A DNA stretch of 46,707 nucleotides from an uncultured Acidimicrobiaceae bacterium (GTDB lineage: Bacteria; Actinomycetota; Acidimicrobiia; Acidimicrobiales; Ilumatobacteraceae): assembly GCA_903904615.1 (NCBI GenBank), contig CAIVDG010000242.1:1-46707 (forward strand), given 5' to 3'. The translations under genes were made by a program, and so were the position numbers. The notes beneath the pieces are model-generated. The model was not told the origin of the DNA. It saw only the letters and a list, made by a program, of their open reading frames with translations, and did not search any database. Each line of letters begins with the position of its first letter. The first letter of the stretch is position 1. This document shows positions 1 through 8,417 of this stretch, piece after piece.

Positions 1-771
1 GAACTCACGCCACGCAATCTCTGAGCGGAATACATCAGACCCCGCCGAACCATCCAAACGTTGCAGCAGTTGACGCGGGTGAATAATTCCGAATTTCAAA
101 TACGGCGACATCATTGACGTGCCGTCAACTCCGGGCATGTTTCGCGCTTCTTTGTACTCACCCATCGCGCGCTGCGACCATTCGTCAAAACGCTCCCAAG
201 CAGCCTCTTCACTGGGGTTTGCCGAGTACATCGTCCATCCAGTGTGCATACGCGAGCCCACGGAGAGGTCATGGAAGTCAGCAAATTGCACCTTGTGCTC
301 TGGCGCCGAGGTCCATTGATGCGTGAGCCACCGCTTGTAGAAGGGAGTGAAGACTTTGACAGGCGTTCCATCGTCCTTGCGAACTGTTCCGGGCGCGATG
401 ACATAGGGAGTATCAGCCCGCACTAAACGCCGCCCATCTGCCTCCAAAGCCTTTTCCACTTCAGCATCACGTCGGCGACCATATGGCGCAAAATCTTCTG
501 CGATGTGCACCGTGTCGGCTCCGACTAGACGACAGAACTCAACAACAGCTTTTGCTGCTGGACCATCTCGATAGACCAGTGCTTTATCTAGCGAGATGTC
601 AAGAGCGTTGAGTGCACGACACATGAATTCACGTCGGTGACCAGATGTATTCATCAGCACGTCATCCCATACAAACAACGGCACAACTGTTCCTGCTGCT
701 GCCGCAGATTGAAGGGCCTTGTTGTCGGTACGTCGCAAGTCGCGGCGGATCCACCAAATTGCAGTGCTCAT
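1..771 (-). CDS. phr: Deoxyribodipyrimidine photolyase / cryptochrome family protein, N-terminal ~257 aa (3' end runs off the window)
   Basis: Absent from the ORF track because it is open to the window edge. My translation from ATG 771-769 reads MSTAIWWIRRDLRRTDNKAL...FTPFYKRW...GTSMMSPYLKFGIIHPRQLL...SEIAWREF. This matches the photolyase N-terminal alpha/beta domain and the start of the FAD-binding domain. The ATG overlaps the MFS stop codon (ATGA at 768-771). Confidence 0.85.
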   Translation of the reverse strand, partial: MSTAIWWIRRDLRRTDNKALQSAAAAGTVVPLFVWDDVLMNTSGHRREFMCRALNALDISLDKALVYRDGPAAKAVVEFCRLVGADTVHIAEDFAPYGRRRDAEVEKALEADGRRLVRADTPYVIAPGTVRKDDGTPVKVFTPFYKRWLTHQWTSAPEHKVQFADFHDLSVGSRMHTGWTMYSANPSEEAAWERFDEWSQRAMGEYKEARNMPGVDGTSMMSPYLKFGIIHPRQLLQRLDGSAGSDVFRSEIAWREF

Positions 772-1970
772 TTCGCCCTCCGAAGTAACGGCAATACTGC
801 CAAGCTAAGGAAACCGCCGTACGCGAGCGACCATTGAATACTGATGTGGTCGCCGATCCAGCCAGTGATTGGTCCACCGATTGGCGTTGAACCCAAGAAC
901 GCCACCGACTGCAACGCCAACAATCTGCTTCGCATCTCTGGAGATGTCTTCTGCTGACTGATGCCGGTCATTGATGCGACAAGGCCGGTTCCGCCGAAGC
1001 CAAGCGGCAATGCAACCAAGCACGCCACCCAGAAGTTCGGTGCGAAGCCAAGCGCAATACATGACAACGCATTAATGGTGACCAACGTGCCGTACCAACG
1101 AATGCCCACCACACGAAAACGCGCGGTACCAAGTGCGCCGCCGATACTGCCGATGCTGACAATTGTGAGAAGGATGGGATACCCATTCTCCTGACCCCAT
1201 TGCACGTCGCTCAACTTCGGAAGTACCACGCTGTAGTTGAAAGCGAACGTACTGACGATGGCAAACACAATGAACGAGTACCGCAGAAATGGATCGCCCC
1301 ATACAAATGCCATTGCCTCGCGCACAGGCTTGCCCGTACGAGGTGCGGGCGGCGAAGGAATCATTTCGGAACGTCGAAGCGCCAACAACGACCACAGCAC
1401 TGCCACATAGGACAACGCATTCATTCCAAACAACCACGCAGTACCAAGTGGACCAATGAGAACCGCAGCTAGTGCCGGACCAAAGATGCGAGAGCCAGTC
1501 ATGACCGTGGTATTCAGAGACATCGCATTCGAAATCTCTGCAGGCTCAACAAGTTCGGTCACCAAGCCGCGTCGCGACGGGTTATCGATGGCATTCGCTA
1601 CGCCCAACACAAGCGACAATGAATAAATGACTGGAAGCGACACAAAGCCACCGAAGTCTGCAATGGCCAACATGACCGCCTGCAAGAGCAACGCCGACTG
1701 GGTCCAGATGGTGACCGTGCGACGATCGTGTCTGTCGGCAAAACCCCCAGCCCATGCCCCCAGCAACAACATGGGCAAGAACTGGAACAACGTGTTCAAG
1801 CCAGCATCGGTGGCGCGCTCGTTGATGCGATAGATGAGAATTGATGTTGCAGTGAACTGCAACCATGTACCCACATTGGAGAGCAATAGCCCAATGAAAT
1901 ACACCCGCACATTGCGGTGTTGAAGCGAGCGAAACGGGCTCGCCTTGCCGGCCGTTTCACTCGTGGACAT
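768..1970 (-). CDS. MFS transporter (about 12 TM helices, MFS_3 / enterobactin-exporter-like)
   Basis: 400-aa ORF, hydrophobic throughout with a multi-helix pattern. The N-terminal segment RNVRVYFIGLLLSNVGTWLQ is typical of actinobacterial MFS_3 transporters. The ATG shares 1 nt with the lepA stop (TAATG on the minus strand, 1968-1972). Confidence 0.8.
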   Translation of the reverse strand: MSTSETAGKASPFRSLQHRNVRVYFIGLLLSNVGTWLQFTATSILIYRINERATDAGLNTLFQFLPMLLLGAWAGGFADRHDRRTVTIWTQSALLLQAVMLAIADFGGFVSLPVIYSLSLVLGVANAIDNPSRRGLVTELVEPAEISNAMSLNTTVMTGSRIFGPALAAVLIGPLGTAWLFGMNALSYVAVLWSLLALRRSEMIPSPPAPRTGKPVREAMAFVWGDPFLRYSFIVFAIVSTFAFNYSVVLPKLSDVQWGQENGYPILLTIVSIGSIGGALGTARFRVVGIRWYGTLVTINALSCIALGFAPNFWVACLVALPLGFGGTGLVASMTGISQQKTSPEMRSRLLALQSVAFLGSTPIGGPITGWIGDHISIQWSLAYGGFLSLAVLPLLRRAK

Positions 1971-3754
1971 TAATCGTCCAACTTCAAGGCACTAATGAAA
2001 ACGTCGCCAGGTACTTCTACCCGACCAATTGCTTTCATTTTCTTCTTGCCTTCCTTCTGCTTCTCCAGAAGTTTGCGCTTACGCGTGATGTCTCCGCCGT
2101 AACACTTTGCCAACACGTCTTTACGTTTAGCTTTCACTGTTTCGCGCGCGATGACTTTGCCACCAATTGCAGCCTGAATTGGAACATCAAACATTTGACG
2201 CGGAATAAGTTCGCGCAACTTTTCACACATGCGGCGTCCGTAGTCGAACGCTTTGTCGCGGTGAACGATAGTGCTGAACGCATCAGCAGCAAGACCATTC
2301 AGAAGAATGTCAACCAGCACAAGATTGCTAGGGCGATACCCCTCAAGTTCGTAGTCCAAACTTGCGTACCCCTGTGTACGGCTCTTCATTTGGTCGAAGA
2401 AGTCAACGACAACTTCCGCCAATGGGATGAGATAGTGCAACTCCACGCGTTCGGGTGACAGATACTCCAGTTTCACCATTTCACCGCGCCGTGTTTGACA
2501 CAGATCCATGAGAGCGCCGGTGTAGTCCTTTGGAGTAATGATGCTGACCTTGAAGAACGGCTCTTCGATGTAGTTGATGTTCTGCGTTGGTGGAAGATCG
2601 GCAGGGTTTTCCACCACCATTACTTCACCATCGGTCTTTGTCACCCGATACGCAACAGATGGTGCTGTAGCGATAAGTGCCAAGTTGAATTCACGCTCAA
2701 GACGTTCTTTCACAATTTCCATGTGAAGAAGACCAAGGAATCCGCAACGGAATCCGAAACCGAGCGCACCCGACGACTCTGGTTCGTAGGTAATTGATGC
2801 GTCGTTCAGTTTCAGTTTTTCCAAACTCTCGCGCAAATTCTCGAAGTCGTCACCGTCGATGGGATACAAACCACAGAACACCATTGCCTTCGGGTCGCGA
2901 TAGCCAGGGAGCGGTTCGGTTGCGCCGCCGTTCACAGTGGTGACAGTTTCACCGCTTCGTGCTTCTGCAACATCTTTAATTCCGGCGATGAGATAACCCA
3001 CTTCGCCAGGTCCGAGTTCTGGCATTGGTGTGGTTCCGGGGCGACGGGCACCAATTTCAATTGCCTCGTGTGTTGCGCGGGCCTGCATGAACTGCAACTT
3101 GCTTCCCGTGTTGAGACGACCATGCATGACGCGAACGCTGGAGACCACGCCGCGATATTGGTCGAACTGCGAGTCGAAGATGAGAGCCTGCAGTGGTGCA
3201 TTGGCATCGCCCGCTGGCGCAGGGATGCGTTCAATGACGGCATCCAGCAAGTCGGGAACACCTTCGCCAGTTTTTGCAGAGATGCGAAGAATGTCTTCGG
3301 CGGGGATACCCAAGATGTTCTCAATCTCTTGCGCGTATCGGTCGGGGTCTGCTGCAGGCAAGTCAATCTTGTTCAGCACCGCAACAATTTCGAGATCGTT
3401 CTCTAGTGCCAAGTAACAGTTGGCCAGGGTTTGAGCTTCAATACCCTGCGCAGCGTCCACCACCAACACCACGCCTTCACACGCGGCCAGTGAGCGGCTG
3501 ACTTCGTACCCAAAGTCCACGTGGCCCGGTGTATCGATGAGGTGAAACGTGTGGCCCTTCCATTCGACGCGAACGTTCTGCGCCTTAATGGTGATGCCAC
3601 GCTCACGCTCGAGGTCCATGGAGTCGAGGTACTGGGCCTTCATGTCGCGGGCCTCCACCGCCCCCGTCATTTCCAGGATGCGGTCAGAGAGGGTCGACTT
3701 GCCATGGTCAATGTGGGCAATGATGGAGAAATTGCGGATTTTTGAGATGTCCAT
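1970..3754 (-). CDS. lepA: Elongation factor 4 (LepA)
   Basis: [22 protein letters not shown] (G1), DTPGHVDF (G3), NKIDL (G4) and the LepA-specific C-terminal domain ([22 protein letters not shown]). The track ORF runs up to 4009, but that extension overlaps rpsT and is not EF4-like. Start set at ATG 3754-3752 (594 aa). Confidence 0.95.
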   Translation of the reverse strand: MDISKIRNFSIIAHIDHGKSTLSDRILEMTGAVEARDMKAQYLDSMDLERERGITIKAQNVRVEWKGHTFHLIDTPGHVDFGYEVSRSLAACEGVVLVVDAAQGIEAQTLANCYLALENDLEIVAVLNKIDLPAADPDRYAQEIENILGIPAEDILRISAKTGEGVPDLLDAVIERIPAPAGDANAPLQALIFDSQFDQYRGVVSSVRVMHGRLNTGSKLQFMQARATHEAIEIGARRPGTTPMPELGPGEVGYLIAGIKDVAEARSGETVTTVNGGATEPLPGYRDPKAMVFCGLYPIDGDDFENLRESLEKLKLNDASITYEPESSGALGFGFRCGFLGLLHMEIVKERLEREFNLALIATAPSVAYRVTKTDGEVMVVENPADLPPTQNINYIEEPFFKVSIITPKDYTGALMDLCQTRRGEMVKLEYLSPERVELHYLIPLAEVVVDFFDQMKSRTQGYASLDYELEGYRPSNLVLVDILLNGLAADAFSTIVHRDKAFDYGRRMCEKLRELIPRQMFDVPIQAAIGGKVIARETVKAKRKDVLAKCYGGDITRKRKLLEKQKEGKKKMKAIGRVEVPGDVFISALKLDD

Positions 3755-3818
3755 GGGCAGTTTGGAGCCTACCTGTGGCGGTTGGTGACGGGGGCATACG
3801 CCGATAGCCTTGAAACTC

Positions 3819-4073
3819 GTGGCAAACATCAAGAGCCAAAAGAAGCGCATTCTTACCAACGCAAAAGCAGCCGATCGCAACAAGGCTGTCAAGAGCGAAC
3901 TGAAGACCCGTGTACGCAATGCTGTCGCAGCTGCCGGTACCCCCGAAGCTGACGAAAACGCACGTGCCGCCGTGAAGCGCATCGACAAGGCCGCCTCGAA
4001 GGGCATCATTCACCCGAATGCAGCAGCCCGTCGCAAGAGCCGCTTGATGAAGCGTCTCAACGCCGCCAAGTAA
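3819..4073 (+). CDS. rpsT: 30S ribosomal protein S20
   Basis: (V)[33 protein letters not shown]... is a classic S20 N-terminus. The track uses TTG 3810. I prefer GTG 3819, which gives the canonical ANIKS start and lies 8 nt after a TAGCCT -10-like hexamer (3805-3810). Confidence 0.9.
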   Translation: MANIKSQKKRILTNAKAADRNKAVKSELKTRVRNAVAAAGTPEADENARAAVKRIDKAASKGIIHPNAAARRKSRLMKRLNAAK

Positions 4074-4118
4074 TTCTCGGCTACCTGTTCGCGTCGTTCC
4101 GACGCATTTCTACTTCTT

Positions 4119-5108
4119 CTAGCGCTTGCTGGCGCGCGCCCGTGGTGCAGTGGAAACACCACCCAAGCGGGCAAGACGAGCCACAAGAACTTCCATGACG
4201 AGTTCTGGTTCCCAATCTTTTCCACCACGTAAGTCGAGATCTGCCGTGGCGATGAGAGAGATGGCGCGAGAAATTCCGGCGCTTCCCAATCGTTGATACT
4301 GCTCAAGCACTTTCTTCGCAGTGAACTCTTTGCCGCCAAGAATTTCCACGGCGTCTGCAGCAGTGCGCACTCCCCGTCCGTCAATCTTCATCATTTGTGC
4401 GTAGCGATTTGCCAAGAGCGCAAGAATTTGCATGGGATGAGAATCGGCGAGCATGCGATGAAGCATGACTAATGCGGTGTTTGCGTCGCCTTTATCGATG
4501 GCATCGGTGAGGTCCCACGGTGCAATGCTTCCCGCTTCACCCAAGAAAATTTCAATGTCGGAACGCGAAAGTTTCGCACCTTCGCCGTATGTAGAGACAA
4601 GAGTGGCAATGAGGCCGGCAACACGGGCTTGGTCTCCGCCGAACCAGCTAGAGATGAGACGGGCAGCATCGGCCGAATAGGTAAAGCCAGCCTCTACCAG
4701 TTTTGATTCCACCCACTTAATGCGCTCGCCTTGGTTGCTAATGACAACGGCGCCAATTGTTTCGGCTTTCACGCGTTTGAGTGCATCGTTAATGGACTTC
4801 AGCACTTTGCCTGTAGAAGTAATGACAAGGTCTGTCTCTTCGATACACGCATCGATAGCTGCCACGAAGTTGTCGACATGTTCAGTAGGCAGATCTTGCA
4901 GATGTCGCACTAACACCACTTTGCGTTCTAAGAACAATGACATGGTGGTTAACGCATCGATAACTGGCGCGATGGAGAACATAGATTCGGAACAATCAAA
5001 GTCGTCCACCATCATTGAACGGTCGTGGTCACCGACTAATCGATCGACGAGCGACGTAAGTTCAAGACTGATGAGAGTCTCGTCGCCAGAAATGAGGTAC
5101 GTTGCCAC
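4119..5108 (-). CDS. holA: DNA polymerase III subunit delta
   Basis: 329-aa ORF. N-terminus YLISGDETLISLEL..., overall length, and position directly downstream of comEC and beside rpsT/lepA match the conserved actinobacterial holA locus. Confidence 0.8.
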   Translation of the reverse strand: MATYLISGDETLISLELTSLVDRLVGDHDRSMMVDDFDCSESMFSIAPVIDALTTMSLFLERKVVLVRHLQDLPTEHVDNFVAAIDACIEETDLVITSTGKVLKSINDALKRVKAETIGAVVISNQGERIKWVESKLVEAGFTYSADAARLISSWFGGDQARVAGLIATLVSTYGEGAKLSRSDIEIFLGEAGSIAPWDLTDAIDKGDANTALVMLHRMLADSHPMQILALLANRYAQMMKIDGRGVRTAADAVEILGGKEFTAKKVLEQYQRLGSAGISRAISLIATADLDLRGGKDWEPELVMEVLVARLARLGGVSTAPRARASKR

Positions 5109-5112
5109 GCCT

Positions 5113-6426
5113 CTACCCTGCCACAGAGGTGAGCCGACGGACCCGATTCCACCGAGCTGCTACCCACACGACCACCACCATCCACAGCGCCACATTTAGT
5201 GCGCCATCGGGCGACAGCACAGACGCCACGCGTGCCACCGTGTCCACCCACCCAACCAAGAGCGACAAACCCCACGACACTGGTCCTTTCACCGCGGGAA
5301 CAGCCGAAGCCAGCAATGACAGTGGCAACCCCACGGTCATGACTGCGCCTGCCACCGGCAAGGCCAGCGGATTCGCCACCAGCGAGACGGCGGGTACAGA
5401 CCCGAAGACCGCAAGTGAAACAGGCATCGTTCCCATTTGAGCGGCGAGTGTGGATGCCAATACGCCGCGACCACCCACCATGCGCCCCAATGGAGCCGAT
5501 AGCCAGGCAAGACCTGCTGTTGCGCCCACCGAGAGCGCAAAACCGATGCTCCACGCAAGCATTGGGTCGATCAGTAACAAACAGACAACGGACAACGACA
5601 ACACTGTTCGAGCATTCATGGGGCTGCGGCGCAACGAGTTGGTTGCCACTGCCGCCGCCATCCACCCTGCACGCAAGACAGATGGCTCTCCGCGCGTCAA
5701 CACCACAAACCAACCGATGATGCACAACGTGATGACCCAACGCATGCGTGGAGACCGTCTTTTCAACACAGGTGATGCAAGCGCTAGTAGATACGCGACG
5801 TTCTGACCCGATGCGGCACACAGGTGAGACAATCCACTATTACGAAACCGTTGCACCATGTCACGTGGTTGTAGTCGGTCATCACCCACGACCAATCCCA
5901 TAAAGAGTGACTGCGTGTCATGACTCATCGGTGCCACACCATCATTCATTGAATTGCGCATGCGATTTGCTGCACGCAACACTGCATTGCCTTCTCCGAA
6001 ACTTTCAGAGACAAAATCCACGGACAGCCGACCAACAATGTGTCGCACCCGATCTGCTCGAACAAAGTTTCCCTGAAGTGGCGAGCAGGTGCCACGAAGA
6101 ACGACAGACTCGCCAGCCGAACGTTGCGCTAAGCGCCGGCCCGCCGTGCCATACGACTGCGCGATATATCTGCGACCATCTAGTTCAAGTACTGCACGTA
6201 TCCCAGAAAATTGTGGCTGAGGGTCGGTGCGCAACACGGCCACACCGGCGCACTCGGCTGTGGCGCGTGCAATAGGAACATTCCACGCAGACGCACCACC
6301 TGCAATTCCTGCGAGTGCACATGCACCCGCTAGCAAAAAGACGTGTACTCGACACAACAGAGCGAACACCAGAACAAGTACGGCTAACAACCGCAGACGC
6401 GCAAGAGAGGGAAACGACTCCCCCAT
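5113..6426 (-). CDS. comEC: ComEC/Rec2 family competence membrane protein (no metallo-beta-lactamase domain)
   Basis: From MGESFPSLARLRLLAVLVLVFALLC: N-terminal TM helices, then an OB-like DUF4131 segment (VAVLRTDPQP...AVLELDGRRY), then the polytopic competence domain (SGLSHLCAASGQNVAYLL...). The track ORF extends to 6951, but those 175 extra residues are Pro/Thr/Ala/Arg-rich, have no TM helix, and lie antisense to a 4-TM ORF. Start is uncertain. Confidence 0.75.
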   Translation of the reverse strand: MGESFPSLARLRLLAVLVLVFALLCRVHVFLLAGACALAGIAGGASAWNVPIARATAECAGVAVLRTDPQPQFSGIRAVLELDGRRYIAQSYGTAGRRLAQRSAGESVVLRGTCSPLQGNFVRADRVRHIVGRLSVDFVSESFGEGNAVLRAANRMRNSMNDGVAPMSHDTQSLFMGLVVGDDRLQPRDMVQRFRNSGLSHLCAASGQNVAYLLALASPVLKRRSPRMRWVITLCIIGWFVVLTRGEPSVLRAGWMAAAVATNSLRRSPMNARTVLSLSVVCLLLIDPMLAWSIGFALSVGATAGLAWLSAPLGRMVGGRGVLASTLAAQMGTMPVSLAVFGSVPAVSLVANPLALPVAGAVMTVGLPLSLLASAVPAVKGPVSWGLSLLVGWVDTVARVASVLSPDGALNVALWMVVVVWVAARWNRVRRLTSVAG

Positions 6427-6502
6427 TAACGAGCAGAGCCATACACAACAGGCAAGTACTGCAGCCCGAGATGACGAGAAAGCGAAGTGCCCCTTTTGAC
6501 TG

Positions 6503-6970
6503 TTGCGTGCAACGTACGATGAAGAAGTGAGTTCTCGCGCGCCTTCGTCGTCGTCGCGCTTTGTTGTTCCTGGTGGAGTAGCTGCCACTCGACGTTCTAT
6601 TCGCCGCACAGGTGGCCTCATGGCGCTTGGCGTCGCCGCCACATTCTGGTTGGGCGGAATCATTGTCTCGTGGGTATTGCCCGGCCCCGTTGGCGGTGCG
6701 GCATCGTTTGTGGGCCTTGTACTTGCAGTTCCTGCATTGCCAATCTTCGGAGTGCCCTCATCTGGTGGGTCTGCACGCATTTTGCTCGCTGTTCTCGTGA
6801 GCGCTGTGGTGTGGTGGTTTGTTGGCCAGGTATCAGCGGCTCGCGTTGCGCAACGACCCGTGGTGGGGCGTCGCGAATGGTTCGGCGCATTTGTCTCACT
6901 CGCGATGGGAATTTGGATAGGCGCCCTTGGTGGACTCGCTCTCGGTGCCATTGCGCTCGGCGCACTCTAA
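6503..6970 (+). CDS. Hypothetical small integral membrane protein (about 4 TM helices); start could be TTG 6503, GTG 6527 or ATG 6620
   Basis: The product has a basic N-terminus (RRSIRR) followed by four ~20-aa hydrophobic segments with interfacial Trp residues (TFWLGGIIVSWVL, FVGLVLAVPALPIF, ILLAVLVSAVVWWFV, WFGAFVSLAMGIWIGALGGLALGAIALGAL). ATG 6620 is preceded by AGGTGG. Its stop TAA overlaps the comEA stop (CTAA at 6967-6970). It competes with the long comEC ORF on the opposite strand. Confidence 0.45.
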   Translation: MRATYDEEVSSRAPSSSSRFVVPGGVAATRRSIRRTGGLMALGVAATFWLGGIIVSWVLPGPVGGAASFVGLVLAVPALPIFGVPSSGGSARILLAVLVSAVVWWFVGQVSAARVAQRPVVGRREWFGAFVSLAMGIWIGALGGLALGAIALGAL

Positions 6971-7683
6971 GACACACTGATTTCGTTTCGCATTCCCGAC
7001 AACTTTGCGGGACCAATACCGGGAACATTCAAAAGGTCTTCCACTTTTGAGAACGGACCTTTGCTTGTGCGATACGCAACGATGGCGCGTGCGGTTGCAG
7101 GTCCAACACCAGTGAGCGATTCCAATTCAGCACTCGTCGCTGTATTGATGTTCACCGTGCGTGAAGTGGGCGACGAACCGCTTGGGACACTCGGTGCCGT
7201 GGTCCTGGGTGTTGGCCGAAGGCGGGGCGCAACGGTGACTCGCGGACGAGACATTGAACGACGCGGAATGAAGACTTGTTCAGCGTCAACGATTGTTTGC
7301 GCCAGGTTGATTCCTTCAAGATCTGCTGAAGCCAGCGAACCACCCGCAGCCTTCAGCGCATCTATGACGCGCGATGTTCCAGGAATTTCATACACGCCAG
7401 GACGTTGCACCGCACCGGCAACATGCACACGCACGGTGGACGACGGCGACCGGTCTGTCGCACTACTTGTGGTGACAACCGGAAGCACAGCCTCGACAGG
7501 TGTGGGAGATGGTGACAACACGAACCACCCAACGCCAACCACGAAAGCGGCGGTTCCGACACCAGCAACTATTCGCCGAATGCCAACAAAAGCGATCCAT
7601 TGCAGAACCAACTCGCGAATCTTCTGAACATCTCCTGACAACACATCGCCATGTGCACGCACGACCGCGCACAGAGGAAGCAA
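6967..7683 (-). CDS. comEA: ComEA family DNA-binding competence protein (TM anchor + SLBB + helix-hairpin-helix)
   Basis: TM segment GVGTAAFVVGVGWFVL; SLBB-like VHVAGAVQRPGVYEIPGTSRVIDALKAAGG; C-terminal HhH pair NINTATSAELESLTGVGPATARAIVAYR...LLNVPGIGPAKL. The track start is TTG 7683. The true start is uncertain (alternative GTG codons lie downstream). Confidence 0.85.
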   Translation of the reverse strand: MLPLCAVVRAHGDVLSGDVQKIRELVLQWIAFVGIRRIVAGVGTAAFVVGVGWFVLSPSPTPVEAVLPVVTTSSATDRSPSSTVRVHVAGAVQRPGVYEIPGTSRVIDALKAAGGSLASADLEGINLAQTIVDAEQVFIPRRSMSRPRVTVAPRLRPTPRTTAPSVPSGSSPTSRTVNINTATSAELESLTGVGPATARAIVAYRTSKGPFSKVEDLLNVPGIGPAKLSGMRNEISVS

Positions 7684-8388
7684 CTAGAACAGTCGTGCGG
7701 TGAGTTGTTTGCGATACTTCGCAGTGCGTGGGTCGTCGGGGCCCATGGATTCAAGAATGTCCAAGAACTCTTGGCGTGCCACTTCGTCCGTTTTCACTCT
7801 TTCGAGTAGTGCAACTAGCTCATCATCGAAATTATCGACAGGGTTCATGGAGAGTCGCGCTTGCGCCGCAATCTTGCGCACACGTTCGGTCTCGGGGAGT
7901 CGCGCCAGCAATGTCAGCGCCTCATCGGCATTTCCGACGCGTACCAAATGTTCTGCGAGTGAACACACAGCATCTTCATTGCCAGGAGCAAGTGCGACCG
8001 CGTCACGCAGGGACTCTTCGGTGCCCTGTTGCAGAAGATCACGAACACGCAGTTGTGTGGGATCGGGCAATAGCGACGCCACCATTTTTTCAATGGCGTG
8101 CTCTGGCTGACCACCCACAAAACCGTCGACCGGCTGACCGTCTTTGTAAATGATGACGGTAGGGATGGATTTGATACCGAATGCCTGCATGAGGCCTGGA
8201 TTTGCATCGGCGTCGATCTTTGCCAGAACTACTTGACCTTGCGTTGCATCGGTGGCTTTCTCCAAAATGGGTGTGAGCGTTTTGCACGGACCACACCATT
8301 CCGCCCAGAAATCCACAATGACGGGAGTAGTGAGCGACCGCTCAACGACATCGACTTGAAAAGAAGCATCGGTGACAGTGAGGGCCAT
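7684..8388 (-). CDS. Thioredoxin-domain protein with C-terminal TPR-like domain (YbbN/CnoX-like, intact WCGPC)
   Basis: IVDFWAEWCGPCKTLTPILEKA thioredoxin motif, followed by a ~120-aa helical C-terminal half. ATG 8388. Its stop TAG directly abuts the comEA start call. Confidence 0.85.
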   Translation of the reverse strand: MALTVTDASFQVDVVERSLTTPVIVDFWAEWCGPCKTLTPILEKATDATQGQVVLAKIDADANPGLMQAFGIKSIPTVIIYKDGQPVDGFVGGQPEHAIEKMVASLLPDPTQLRVRDLLQQGTEESLRDAVALAPGNEDAVCSLAEHLVRVGNADEALTLLARLPETERVRKIAAQARLSMNPVDNFDDELVALLERVKTDEVARQEFLDILESMGPDDPRTAKYRKQLTARLF

Positions 8389-8394
8389 ACGGGC

Positions 8395-8410
8395 ACGATA
8401 CAGGTAGTTT
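8395..8410. promoter_or_regulatory. Back-to-back -10-like hexamers for a divergent, apparently leaderless gene pair
   Basis: Only 29 nt separate the two start codons. On the + strand, TAGTTT (8405-8410) lies 7 nt before GTG 8418. On the - strand, TATCGT (complement of 8395-8400) lies 6 nt before ATG 8388. Both fit the actinobacterial TANNNT -10 consensus at leaderless spacing. Confidence 0.4.
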
Positions 8411-8417
8411 TTGTGTC

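Noticed and set aside
3799-3806. GCCGATAG resembling the sigma-28 (FliA/WhiG) -10 element GCCGATAA upstream of rpsT
   Set aside because: No TAAA-like -35 element lies about 15 nt upstream, and a housekeeping TANNNT hexamer overlaps the site. It is most likely coincidental.
3755-4009. 85-aa N-terminal extension of the lepA ORF; similar extensions for rpsB (27487-27636), nusA (16095-16190), rph (39766-39813), cysM (41683-41793), dprA (31284-31343), xerC (30166-30234), cdsA (24500-24529) and the carbonic anhydrase ORF (33647-33922)
   Set aside because: Each extension overlaps a neighbouring real gene or a leader region and lacks family similarity. An internal start exists that reproduces the canonical N-terminus, usually with an SD or an ATGA overlap.
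4091-4115. Hairpin GCGTC-GTTCC-GACGC followed by a T-rich stretch after rpsT, as a bidirectional terminator
   Set aside because: The stem is only 5 bp and the T tract is interrupted. This is too weak to call without energy calculations or 3'-end data.
5036-5821. 261-aa minus-strand ORF in another frame across the holA/comEC junction
   Set aside because: It is out of frame with the ComEC competence domain, which has clear family features. Its Gly/Arg/Cys-rich composition is typical of an off-frame reading.
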